A stretch of 31,997 bases of DNA from Cryomorphaceae bacterium (GCA_044463585.1 JBIQMI010000001.1:1-31997), one strand, 5' to 3'; positions 17,525 through 27,680 are shown, counted from the stretch's first letter. The notes: generated by a model from the sequence alone, not told the origin. Translations and numbers: made by a program.

Positions 17525-20149
17525 ATGAAAACAAGCTTTTTGCACCGGTCGCTCCCACTGCGCAAGCCGGGCTTCTCCCTGCCCCAACAGGCCCGTTCGC
17601 CACGCACGCAACGCGCCGCGACCACGTCGCGGCAGGATCACCTTCTGTCCCAGCAGGGTCACCCTCCGTCCAAGCAGGGTCACACGCAGGGGACCCTGCG
17701 CTCCACGGCGTCGCAGCAGGGTCACCCCGCAACGCCGTCCCAGCAGGGCCACCCGAAGGGGACCCTGCGCTCCGCACTCGCACTCACCTTCCTTCTCGCC
17801 ACCATGGCAGCCCATGCCCAAGTGGCGGTGAACGGCACCGTGCACGATCCGAACGGAACACCGGTGGCCTTCGCAAGTGTTTTGTTGGGTGAACAAGGCA
17901 TGGCCTTAGGCACGGATGCACAAGGCGCCTTCCGCGCCAAGGGATTTTTTCCCGGCGACCTGCGCATACGCATCTCCGCCGTCGGTTTTGCCGCGCTCGA
18001 TACCATCGTGGCCATGGCGGATGGAGGCAACACATACCAATTCACCCTGCACCCCGGCATGCAGATGCTTGCCCCCGCCGAGGTGACCGCGTTGCGGGCC
18101 GGTGAGCGCGCTCCCTTCGCGAAGTCCGTCGTTACCGCCGAGGAAATACAGCGCACCAACACCGGAGTGGACCTGCCTTACCTGCTTGATATGCAGCCCA
18201 GCGTGGTAAGCACCAGCGATGGCGGCACGGGCATCGGCTACACGGCCATGCGCATCCGCGGCAGCGATGCCACCCGCACCAACATCACCCTCAACGGCGT
18301 GCCCTTCAACGATGCCGAAAGCCAAGGCGCCTTCCTGGTGAACCTGCCCGACCTGGCCACAAGTGCCGAGGACATTGAGATCCAGCGCGGGGTGGGCACC
18401 AGCACCAACGGCCCCGGTGCTTTCGGCGCCAGCGTGAACCTGCGCACCACCACGGTGAAAAAAGATCCGTGGGGTTTGGTAAGCGCGGGGGCGGGATCGT
18501 TCAACACCCAGCGCTATTCCGTCAGCGCCGGCACGGGGCTCATACAGGATCGCTTCAGCTTGGACATGCGCCTGTCCTCCATCACCAGCGATGGCTACAT
18601 CGACCGCGCCACCGCCGACCTGAAGAGCTATTTCCTGCAAGGCGCATGGGTAGGGGAGAAACGCTCGTTCCGCTTCATCACCTTCCGCGGAAAGGAGACC
18701 ACCTACCAGGCCTGGGACGGCGTGCCGCGCGAGGTGCTCGATACCAATCGCACGTACAACAGCTTCACTTACGACAACCAGGTGGACAACTACGACCAAA
18801 CGCACTACCAGCTCCACTTCGACCAGAAGGTCGGCAGCAACGCCACGCTGAACCTCACGCTCTTCCGGGTGCTGGGCGCTGGCTATTACGAGCAGTGGCG
18901 GCCGAACGACAAGCTCACCACATACGGCATCGCTTCGCCCGTGGTGATCGATGGCGATACGCTCAAGCGCACCGACATCATACGCCGGCGCTGGTTGCGG
19001 AACACGCTCACCGGCGCCAACCTCAGCGCGGACATCAAGCTGGGGCGGCATGCGCTGGTGGTGGGCGGCAGCTACAGCGATTATGCGGGCGGCCACTTCG
19101 GCGAGGTGATCTGGGCCCGCTATGCCGGAAGCCTCAACATCCGCGATCGTTACTACAACAACGACGCCCATAAAACCGATGCCAACGCATTCGCCAAGCT
19201 CACCTATGCCATCGGCACCGACATCGATCTGTACGGTGATGCCCAGGTGCGGCATGTGGGCTACACTTTCCTGGGGTTGAACAACGACCTGCGCGACATC
19301 ACCCAGCAACTGGAATGGACCTTTTTCAACCCCAAGGCAGGTGTGCTTTGGCGTATGGCCCCCGGCAGCAAGGCCTACGCCTCGTTCGCCGTGGCCAACC
19401 GCGAGCCGAACCGCAAGGACCTGACGGAAGGTACCCCTCTGGAATGGCCGCGCAGCGAGCGCCTGCTCGACTATGAGCTGGGTTACGAATACCGCACCGG
19501 CCGCTGGAATGCGGGCATCAACCTGTACTACATGGATTACCAGGACCAACTGGTGCTTACCGGGGAATTGACGGATACCGGCGGTGACCTGCGCACCAAC
19601 GTGCCCAAGAGCTACCGCGCGGGCATTGAGCTGATGGGCGCCGCGCAACTGGCCAAGCCGTTGGTGTGGAAGGCCAATGCCACTTTCAGCCAGAACAGGC
19701 TCGGCCCATTCACGGCCTATGTGGACGACTGGGACAATGGCGGCCAAGTGGCCTTCCCCAACGGCGCCAGCGAGCTGGCCTATTCGCCATCGGTGGTGGC
19801 CGCGAGCGAGATCAACCTGCGCCTTTGGCAAAAGCAGGGCCGCGGCAACGCCCATTTGGCCTTCATCACCAAGTACGTGGGCAGCCAATACCTGGACAAC
19901 ACCAGCAACCCCGATCGCATGTTGGATGCCTACGTGGTGAACGACCTGCGGGCCAACGTGCAACTGGTCGGGCTGAAGGGCCTGCAGCGCATCGACTTCA
20001 ACCTCACGGTCCGTAACGTGTTCAGCGAGCTTTACGAGAGCAACGGCTGGGTCTACAGCTACATCAGCGAGAGCAGGCGGATGGACCAGGTAAACCTCTT
20101 TCCGCAGGCACCGATCAATGTGCTGGGCGGGGTGAGCGTGCGGTTTTGA
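17525..20149 (+). CDS. TonB-dependent receptor, probably thiamine uptake
   Basis: Plug motifs GIGYTAMRIRGSDATRTNITLNGVPFND and IQRGVGTSTNG. C-terminal FPQAPINVLGGVSVRF. Preceded by a TPP riboswitch. Confidence 0.9.
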   Translation: MKTSFLHRSLPLRKPGFSLPQQARSPRTQRAATTSRQDHLLSQQGHPPSKQGHTQGTLRSTASQQGHPATPSQQGHPKGTLRSALALTFLLATMAAHAQVAVNGTVHDPNGTPVAFASVLLGEQGMALGTDAQGAFRAKGFFPGDLRIRISAVGFAALDTIVAMADGGNTYQFTLHPGMQMLAPAEVTALRAGERAPFAKSVVTAEEIQRTNTGVDLPYLLDMQPSVVSTSDGGTGIGYTAMRIRGSDATRTNITLNGVPFNDAESQGAFLVNLPDLATSAEDIEIQRGVGTSTNGPGAFGASVNLRTTTVKKDPWGLVSAGAGSFNTQRYSVSAGTGLIQDRFSLDMRLSSITSDGYIDRATADLKSYFLQGAWVGEKRSFRFITFRGKETTYQAWDGVPREVLDTNRTYNSFTYDNQVDNYDQTHYQLHFDQKVGSNATLNLTLFRVLGAGYYEQWRPNDKLTTYGIASPVVIDGDTLKRTDIIRRRWLRNTLTGANLSADIKLGRHALVVGGSYSDYAGGHFGEVIWARYAGSLNIRDRYYNNDAHKTDANAFAKLTYAIGTDIDLYGDAQVRHVGYTFLGLNNDLRDITQQLEWTFFNPKAGVLWRMAPGSKAYASFAVANREPNRKDLTEGTPLEWPRSERLLDYELGYEYRTGRWNAGINLYYMDYQDQLVLTGELTDTGGDLRTNVPKSYRAGIELMGAAQLAKPLVWKANATFSQNRLGPFTAYVDDWDNGGQVAFPNGASELAYSPSVVAASEINLRLWQKQGRGNAHLAFITKYVGSQYLDNTSNPDRMLDAYVVNDLRANVQLVGLKGLQRIDFNLTVRNVFSELYESNGWVYSYISESRRMDQVNLFPQAPINVLGGVSVRF
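17625..17773. repeat. Palindromic repeats inside the TonB receptor N-terminus
   Basis: Five GCAGGGTCAC variants and two GGGGACCCTGCGCTCC copies, forming GCAGGGTC...GACCCTGC hairpins. Encodes QQGHP and GTLRS repeats. Confidence 0.8.
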
Positions 20150-20187
20150 GGAGAGGGTCCTTCGCAAGTGCTCGCTCGATGTGTGAT

Positions 20188-20519
20188 CTATACCTCCATA
20201 CCGAACACAGTCTTGTTCACCTCCGTCAGCAAGCGCTTGAATGCAGCGGGCTTCATGCGCTGGCGATCAGGTATGATGCTCTCTGGAGGGAATCCGCCTA
20301 CCAAGTGAAGCCGCAACTCACTTTGCCGGGACATTGGTGGTTCGACCATGTCGGAAGTGATCGGGAAAGAGAATTCATCGTTCCAGTCCTTGCTGGAGAT
20401 CATCACGCATACCACCCAGTCATCATTGCCTTCATCTACACTGCCACCACTGCAGGATGCGGATGCGCTGAAACCGGATAGCGCACAGTAACGATTTGTC
20501 GTTGACGAACTGAGGACAT
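20188..20519 (-). pseudogene. PemK/MazF-like toxin with a 1-nt frameshift near 20445
   Basis: ATG 20519 gives MSSVRQRQIVTVRYPVSAHPHPAVVAV*. The shifted frame gives SVDEGNDDWVVCVMISSKDWNDEFSFPITSDM...ELRLHL...FKRLLTEVNKTVFG. Adding one base yields a 110-aa protein with PemK-like layout, directly downstream of a putative antitoxin. Confidence 0.6.
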
Positions 20520-20530
20520 CTGTCTCCAGA

Positions 20531-20992
20531 TCAAGATCTGCTTTTCATGTGGTCAGCGATTGACCGTGCGATGGTATCCCGCATGTCCTTCTCCAATAGG
20601 CTGCGGCTTTTCATTTTGATTTGCCGCATACTTTCCTTGTTTGCCTCCATAGCTGTACGTACTGCGGGGTCACGTAACTCCGGGTCGATACTTTCCCAAT
20701 TTTTCAGGTACTGGTTGGACCGATCGAACAATGCCCGGAGTTCAGCCTCTTCCAACGCATCGAGGAACTGCAATATCAATTCGTTGCGGCGTGTGTAGGT
20801 GCCGATCACTTCAGCAACGGTTGCCCACGTCGGCTGTTTGCTACGGGTGCGGCGCTTGTGTTGGATCAATGGCAAGAGGAACTTGTCAATAGCGCTCTCC
20901 ACGCCGAATGCCATGTAAGTGCCGTGCCGTTGGTGTCCATAGGCAGCCAAAGGCTCGTTGGCCGTTGCGGGTGGCGACTTGCGTTTGGGCAT
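20531..20992 (-). CDS. Hypothetical protein, putative antitoxin
   Basis: 153-aa ORF from MPKRKS with an NEPLAAYG motif typical of TA-associated proteins. TATGTTTG -7 element at 21007-21014 (minus strand). Ends 11 nt upstream of the toxin-like ORF. Confidence 0.6.
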   Translation of the reverse strand: MPKRKSPPATANEPLAAYGHQRHGTYMAFGVESAIDKFLLPLIQHKRRTRSKQPTWATVAEVIGTYTRRNELILQFLDALEEAELRALFDRSNQYLKNWESIDPELRDPAVRTAMEANKESMRQIKMKSRSLLEKDMRDTIARSIADHMKSRS

Positions 20993-21109
20993 AACAGGTG
21001 GTACCGCAAACATACAAAACCGGTCCCGCCGGGAACTGTAATTGAACCTCTTCCCGCAGGCACCGATCAATGTGCTGGGCGGGGTTAGCGTGCAGTTTTG
21101 AGGAGGGTG

Positions 21110-21556
21110 CTAAAATCCGCTACTGCCCAGCATTTCCCGTAACTCAGGTGTTGTCACAACGTTGTTGAATTTGCGTTTCCGCAAGCCTCGATGTAGCTTC
21201 AGGTCACCGGTCCATAACGGATAGCCCAACTGAATGGCAAGAGCCACGTAATGGTCATCACGTTCATCGATACCAGCAACTAACACGGCAGCCCGTTCCC
21301 AATTGACTGAGTTGATGACACCGTTCGGAATGATCTCGAAACGGCTTAGCACCAACGTTTCAAGTTCGGCGACCTCGGCTTCCGTGCGACGAAGCAGTTT
21401 CATAAGCTTAGGCCGGTGGAGGCCGATCTCGGACACGAGCATCTCCGGGGCCACAGGTTCGAGCGTCGAATATGGACCCAATATCATGGATCCGATCATG
21501 CCGCGGGGAGTGAGCAGGCAGCTAAATGCAATGTTTGCGTCTACCACCAGTCTCAC
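21110..21556 (-). CDS. PIN-domain (VapC-like) toxin
   Basis: RLVVDANIAFS, EI, DERDDHYVALA, LWTGDLKL. GTGA overlap with the upstream stop. Confidence 0.88.
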   Translation of the reverse strand: MRLVVDANIAFSCLLTPRGMIGSMILGPYSTLEPVAPEMLVSEIGLHRPKLMKLLRRTEAEVAELETLVLSRFEIIPNGVINSVNWERAAVLVAGIDERDDHYVALAIQLGYPLWTGDLKLHRGLRKRKFNNVVTTPELREMLGSSGF

Positions 21557-21765
21557 GATGCCATTCTTTGGCGACGTTTCTGCCACATATCGGTTTCCAC
21601 GGTATCCGCCATGGATTGGACATCCTTTGGGGTTGCCGTGCTGTCCTTGGTAAGTTCAAGAATGCGCAGGTAACTGGTAAGGCGCACCAACACTGCATCC
21701 GTAATGGGGCCGCCGATGGTCACGACGTACTCATTTTTCTTATTCACCTTCACCGTGAACGACAT
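21553..21765 (-). CDS. Putative antitoxin of the PIN toxin
   Basis: 70-aa ORF translationally coupled to the PIN gene, with a TACATTCG -7-like element at 21773-21780 (minus strand). Confidence 0.75.
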   Translation of the reverse strand: MSFTVKVNKKNEYVVTIGGPITDAVLVRLTSYLRILELTKDSTATPKDVQSMADTVETDMWQKRRQRMAS

Positions 21766-22109
21766 GGTCCTGCGAATGTAAGGCTTCTTCCAAGGTTACA
21801 CAAAACCAGTAATGCGACCGCCGAGAAAGTCCTCCCGGATGCCTTTTCTCGAACAAGTTTCGCCATTTTAGCTTGGTTCGGCGCATACTTGCCCATGCTC
21901 GCATTCACTGCCGCACGCATATCCGGAGGAAAGAGCACATCGCGTGGTCCATTCCTGGTCGAGCGTTCTGTTCTGATCCTGTATCCTCAGTTCTTGTCCG
22001 ATTTTCATTCCTGCTCCTTGGCAACAAGGTTAGCTTTGTGCTGTGTGCACGGGCAGTCCAGATCAACGGACCGTTCCTCCCTGCACGATTCTTGCACTGC
22101 GCCGCACGC

Positions 22110-23111
<1,002 letters not shown>

Positions 23112-23200
23112 AGCGGGAGGGCAGGGCAGGTGCGCCACGGTACCGATCAGCGCCGCCCTGTATCTTCGCACAAAGGGTGAACAACAAGAATCCTGACCGA

Positions 23201-23421
23201 ATGAAACCGCGTTATGTACTGGCCTTGGGCTTCATTGCGCTCGCTGCGGCGGCCACTGGTGGTTGGTGCAGGCAACAGAGGAAGAAGAGGATGAACAGGA
23301 ATTCGATGTGCCCTGGACCGGCAGCGGGGATGAAGAAGACCCGTTTGCCCTGATGATCGAGGAAGGCGCCGGATTGATCGGGCAGTTGATGGCGGAGGCA
23401 GCAGCGCGGGCCAGCCGTTGA
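23201..23421 (+). pseudogene. Small membrane-anchored protein, apparently frameshifted near 23254
   Basis: TATCTTCG -7-like motif at 23161. MKPRYVLALGFIALAAAA continues in the shifted frame as WWLVQATEEEEDEQEFDVPW...ASR* (stop 23419-23421). Confidence 0.4.
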
Positions 23422-23674
23422 CCGGCAACGCCGGGCGTAATTCAGGCGGATCTCGTCGTGCGCGGGTGGGCTCAACGCGCTAGCCGATCACCCGTGCACC
23501 GCACTGCTCATCGCGAAGATGTGCTCGGGATTTAATGTGCCACACAGCCGCTTCGAACTCGGTCAGCCGGTGATCGGATCAGGAGGTGCTTTATTTTCTG
23601 CATTGCTAAATTTTGAGATATTCGTAAAAACTCTATACCTTGCGATGGCATAACACGCTTAGACTCTCTTTACA

Positions 23675-26242
23675 ATGCGGTATCCACTCTCCTTAGTTGC
23701 GCTTACAGCCACTGCCTTTGCAGCCTTCGCACAATCCCCCCCCCCCGATCCCTTCAATGAACCCATTCCAATGGACATGGGCTATTGGGAGAACCTGGGG
23801 CAGTTGACCGATCCGGAAGGAAATCAAACTTTCGAAGCTGCATTCTACTCGGAAGGATGCTATCCTGTGGGATTCCCGGTTAATGGTAGTCGCGTTTCTT
23901 ATACAGCTTACCAAAGCAGTAACGATAGCCTAGTTCCCGACACCTTGTTGCGTTGGGATATGCAGTTCATTGGTGATGGGATGCAGCAGGTGAACCCGGT
24001 GGGTTCAGCACCGCATTCAGATTATCGTAACTTTTACTTTCCACATTGTGGGGAACAGGGCATCACGAATGTTCGCCGCTTCGAACGCGTGGTGTATTCG
24101 GGCATCTATCCGGGTATCGACCTCCACCTCTATCAAGGGGCTGGTGGGCAGAAGCTGGCCCTTGTATGCCAGCCCGGAAGTGATCCGGCCAGCATCCGTA
24201 TGCTTTTTGAAGGGGCCTCAGGACTCAGCATCACCGCTGACGGTGGTCTGCAGTTTCCGGTAATGTCGCAGGTGATCACACTAGCGGAACCATTGGCCTA
24301 CCAGTATGAAGGATCAAATATCCTGAACTTGCCCCAAGAAGATTTCGGGTTTGTGTTGGATGGTACCGTAGTACACTTCAGCCTCGGTGGATATGATCCG
24401 GCCCTGCCATTGGTGTTGTTCATAGGCCATGAGGAAAGGGAAGCCAATGCGCAAAGCGGGAACAATGGGCTTTGCTGGAGCACCTATTTCGGAGGCGATT
24501 TTGGTGAGAGTGTTAGAGGCAGTAGCTTGGATCGCAAAGATCACCATTTCCCGGCTGGTTGGATGAATTCAAGTTGGGCATCTTTCCCACAAACAGTCGG
24601 CTCTCCCGCGCCAATCAACACAGCGACTATGAACTCCTTTGTTAGCCGGTTTACCGATACTGATGAACTTCTTTGGACTACCTTGTTCGGCGGGTTATAC
24701 CCTACCCGTACCATGGCATACGATGTGGCGGTGAAGGACTTGGGTGATGGGAACCCGATGTCATACGTGGTTGGTTATACCAATAGTGCCAACTTTCCGG
24801 TCCAATCAGCAGCTTCGGCATATTTTGACGGCATCGGTGTTGCAGGTGTGAACCAGGGGTTCATTTTCAAAGTGAATGGCAATGGGCTTAGGGTTTGGGC
24901 GACGTATTTTGGCGAGCAGAGTACCGAAGTATACGGAGCTGCCGTTGGCGGCTCCAAGGAGGTGATGCTTACCGGGTATTCCAGTAATTTACCCAATGAG
25001 CAGGTTACACCCCCTACAGGCTCCTCCCATTATGCGCATAGCGGTGGCAAGGATTTATTTGCTGCGATGCTTAATGCGTCTGATCAATTGGCATGGAGAA
25101 CATATTACGGTGGATCAAGCGCTGACGTCGGGTTGGACATTGCCTGTTCTCCGATAGAGAAGGGCGTGTTCTATATTGCCGGATATACGAACAGCAGCAA
25201 TTTTCCGCAATTGGTCAAGGTTGGCGCCTACAACCATGGCTATTTTGGGGGGGCTGACCATATCCTGTTGCGGTTTGACCCTTTTTGTAAACTAAAATGG
25301 GCCACCTGTTTTGGTGGGCCGCAGGATGAATATGTTAGCATGGAAGGCTTGGAAGTGGATTGGACTGGCGATGTGTACATGGTGGGGGCGACTGATTCAC
25401 CTTCTTTCCCGTTGCTTGCAACAGCTTATCCGGGTGCATTCTTCGATGGGTCGCACAGTGGTAACACTCAAGGTTTCATTAGCCGGTTCAACCGTATAAC
25501 ACAAGCTCTTGAATGGTCTACTTTTATTGGAGATGGAGGTAATTCATCGGCCGTTTCTATCTCTTCTTCAAAAGGCATGGCCGGTTTGTTTGTCGGGGGT
25601 GAAGTGGAGAATGGGCCTATCCCTCTTGTCGCCGGTTATGGTAGTTGGTACTATCAGCCTTCCATATACCCAAATCAGAACGGGCCTGGCACGTACTATC
25701 AAGATCCATTCATTTGCCGGTTTGACAAGAACAATGTGCTCCAATGGTCTACATATTTTGGAGGTGAAGCCCATCAGAACGAAAATATCACTTCACTGTC
25801 GTGCCCAAAGTATAGCCAAACAGTTTTGGCCTATGGCCACACAAATAAGGACTTGAACATTTATTCGTTCTTTCCCTTGCAGCCATCAGCGTTTCCCTTA
25901 GCCTACTATGACCCAACGTTCAATTCTGGACCCGGTGGGGGTGATTGCTTCATTACCCGCTTTTGTTCCGGCGCACTGCCACTGCAGAAGGAAGGTGCGA
26001 ACATTGGTGAACAAAATGGTAATCCGATGGTTTGGGCAGGGGGACATGAATATCGGATTACTGGGGTGAGCGGGGCAGGAAGGTTGGAGGTCATGAACAT
26101 GGTCGGTCAGGTGGTGCACACGAGCTACTTGCCCGGAGGGGATGGCAGTGCCGGCACGATCAATTTGGCGGAGCTACCTGCGGGCATATATATCGTACGC
26201 TTCCCTGGCATCCCCGCACAGCGCATCATCATTCCCCAATGA
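23675..26242 (+). CDS. SBBP-like beta-propeller repeat T9SS cargo protein
   Basis: Signal peptide, WENLGQ, YSGIYPGIDL, repeated WSTYFGG/WATYFG motifs, C-terminal VMNMVGQVV...LPAGIYIVR. Confidence 0.82.
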   Translation: MRYPLSLVALTATAFAAFAQSPPPDPFNEPIPMDMGYWENLGQLTDPEGNQTFEAAFYSEGCYPVGFPVNGSRVSYTAYQSSNDSLVPDTLLRWDMQFIGDGMQQVNPVGSAPHSDYRNFYFPHCGEQGITNVRRFERVVYSGIYPGIDLHLYQGAGGQKLALVCQPGSDPASIRMLFEGASGLSITADGGLQFPVMSQVITLAEPLAYQYEGSNILNLPQEDFGFVLDGTVVHFSLGGYDPALPLVLFIGHEEREANAQSGNNGLCWSTYFGGDFGESVRGSSLDRKDHHFPAGWMNSSWASFPQTVGSPAPINTATMNSFVSRFTDTDELLWTTLFGGLYPTRTMAYDVAVKDLGDGNPMSYVVGYTNSANFPVQSAASAYFDGIGVAGVNQGFIFKVNGNGLRVWATYFGEQSTEVYGAAVGGSKEVMLTGYSSNLPNEQVTPPTGSSHYAHSGGKDLFAAMLNASDQLAWRTYYGGSSADVGLDIACSPIEKGVFYIAGYTNSSNFPQLVKVGAYNHGYFGGADHILLRFDPFCKLKWATCFGGPQDEYVSMEGLEVDWTGDVYMVGATDSPSFPLLATAYPGAFFDGSHSGNTQGFISRFNRITQALEWSTFIGDGGNSSAVSISSSKGMAGLFVGGEVENGPIPLVAGYGSWYYQPSIYPNQNGPGTYYQDPFICRFDKNNVLQWSTYFGGEAHQNENITSLSCPKYSQTVLAYGHTNKDLNIYSFFPLQPSAFPLAYYDPTFNSGPGGGDCFITRFCSGALPLQKEGANIGEQNGNPMVWAGGHEYRITGVSGAGRLEVMNMVGQVVHTSYLPGGDGSAGTINLAELPAGIYIVRFPGIPAQRIIIPQ

Positions 26243-27639
26243 GGTGCAAGTTGATGTTGGCATGGGCGGCAACCATGGTTGCCGTTCATGCACCCGCCCA
26301 ATGGTGGGAAGGGGTTGGCTTACCTGGACTCGTTGACGCGGTTAAGGAAATTTACGAGGACACTGCCACGAATACGATGTACTGTTTGGGGGCGCTTCAA
26401 CTGGGAAGTAACCAGCCGTATGTTTTCCAGATGTACCAGAATGGAAGTTGGACTGCTTCAGAACCGTTCAATTACAATGTGCAAACGGCGCGTAAATACA
26501 ATGACACCTTGATCGTGGGAGGTCACTTCACCTACATTGGAGGTGAACCTTTGAACCAGACCGGGGGGCAACCGATCCGGTACATTGCGGCGTATGCAAA
26601 CGACCAGTGGATTCCATATGGGGAATTTAATAATGTGGTCCGTGCCCTCCGTGTATTGGGCGGGTCACTTTATGCCGTGGGCTCTTTTACGGAAGTGGAT
26701 GGTGCCCTTTGCGGCGGCGTGGCCAAACGGGAAGGTGGCCATTGGGTGCCGGTGGGGATCATGCCAACCATTCATGCTTTCCCGTTATGGACGGACATCA
26801 CGCTCTATCAAGGGAATTTGGTTGTGACCGGAACGGCAACGTTCGAGGACTTGCCGTTCAAGCACATCATCCAATTTGACGGGCAGAATTGGGTGACGCT
26901 TGGGCAGGGTATCCATACCGGCATGGGCGGTGGTGGCTGCTTGGCGGTGTACCACAATGAACTCTATGTGGGCGGGATCTTCAAGCTTAGCGAAGGCAAT
27001 GTGGGCCATTGCATCATGCGCTGGAATGGGCAAGCATGGCATCCGGTGGGCACCAGCGTTCAGGATGGAACCGGTGGATATCAATATGCAATTGGTGTCA
27101 CTGGATTAATGGTAAAGGATGATCTGCTTTTTGCATGCGGGGGGTTCAGCTATGCTGGCAATGTGCCTGCGGCATGTACAGCCACTTGGGATGGGGACCG
27201 ATGGTGCGGATTAGGGGGGGCATTGGACAGTTGGGTAGGGGCCTTTTCATTGGGCTTTTATGGAGATACCCTGTTCGTTAGTTCCGGTATCCTGGCCGAT
27301 GGTCAGCCGGTGAACCATCTGGCGCGTTACATCGGTGAAGAATGGGGTGATTCATGCAGTGTTCCCATGGGGGATATTGGGATAGGCATGGCCCCGCCGC
27401 CCAACAAGTACGATCCCGCTTATTTGGCCAACCTTGGAAATGGACAGTACCGTGTGGCTGGTGAAGTGACCGGGCGCGAGCTGCGTGTGTTCGATGCATC
27501 GGGCCGGTTGCAACGCGTGCTGTTGCTGCACACGGGGCCAAGTGGTACGGAGCCTTTCAGTTTGGCCGGTTTGGCCGCAGGAAGCTACGTGCTGGACCTT
27601 GGTGGCCAATGGCGGGGCCGCGTGGTGTTGGCACCCTGA
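26239..27639 (+). CDS. Beta-propeller repeat T9SS cargo protein
   Basis: ATGA coupling to the upstream gene. Signal peptide, LIVGGHF/LYVGGIF/RWNGQAW repeats, C-terminal VFDASGRL...LAAGSYVL. Confidence 0.82.
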   Translation: MRCKLMLAWAATMVAVHAPAQWWEGVGLPGLVDAVKEIYEDTATNTMYCLGALQLGSNQPYVFQMYQNGSWTASEPFNYNVQTARKYNDTLIVGGHFTYIGGEPLNQTGGQPIRYIAAYANDQWIPYGEFNNVVRALRVLGGSLYAVGSFTEVDGALCGGVAKREGGHWVPVGIMPTIHAFPLWTDITLYQGNLVVTGTATFEDLPFKHIIQFDGQNWVTLGQGIHTGMGGGGCLAVYHNELYVGGIFKLSEGNVGHCIMRWNGQAWHPVGTSVQDGTGGYQYAIGVTGLMVKDDLLFACGGFSYAGNVPAACTATWDGDRWCGLGGALDSWVGAFSLGFYGDTLFVSSGILADGQPVNHLARYIGEEWGDSCSVPMGDIGIGMAPPPNKYDPAYLANLGNGQYRVAGEVTGRELRVFDASGRLQRVLLLHTGPSGTEPFSLAGLAAGSYVLDLGGQWRGRVVLAP

Positions 27640-27680
27640 GTCCGTGAAGCCGATCGTGTGTTTACGAAGAACACCGGCCA

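Larger units (their letters stand above)
20093..21105. mobile_element. 952-bp islet bounded by a 61-bp direct repeat of the TonB receptor 3' end
   Basis: 20093-20153 vs 21045-21105 match at 58/61. AT-richer interior with TA-like genes; no integrase. Confidence 0.75.

Noticed and set aside
17367..17625. Extended N-terminus of the 16120-17625 ORF as real protein
   Set aside because: It is the antisense of the promoter, riboswitch and receptor start, with no signal peptide or paralog similarity.
20093..21105. Diversity-generating retroelement TR/VR pair
   Set aside because: No reverse transcriptase in the window, and the three mismatches (T/C, G/T, G/A) are not adenine-specific.
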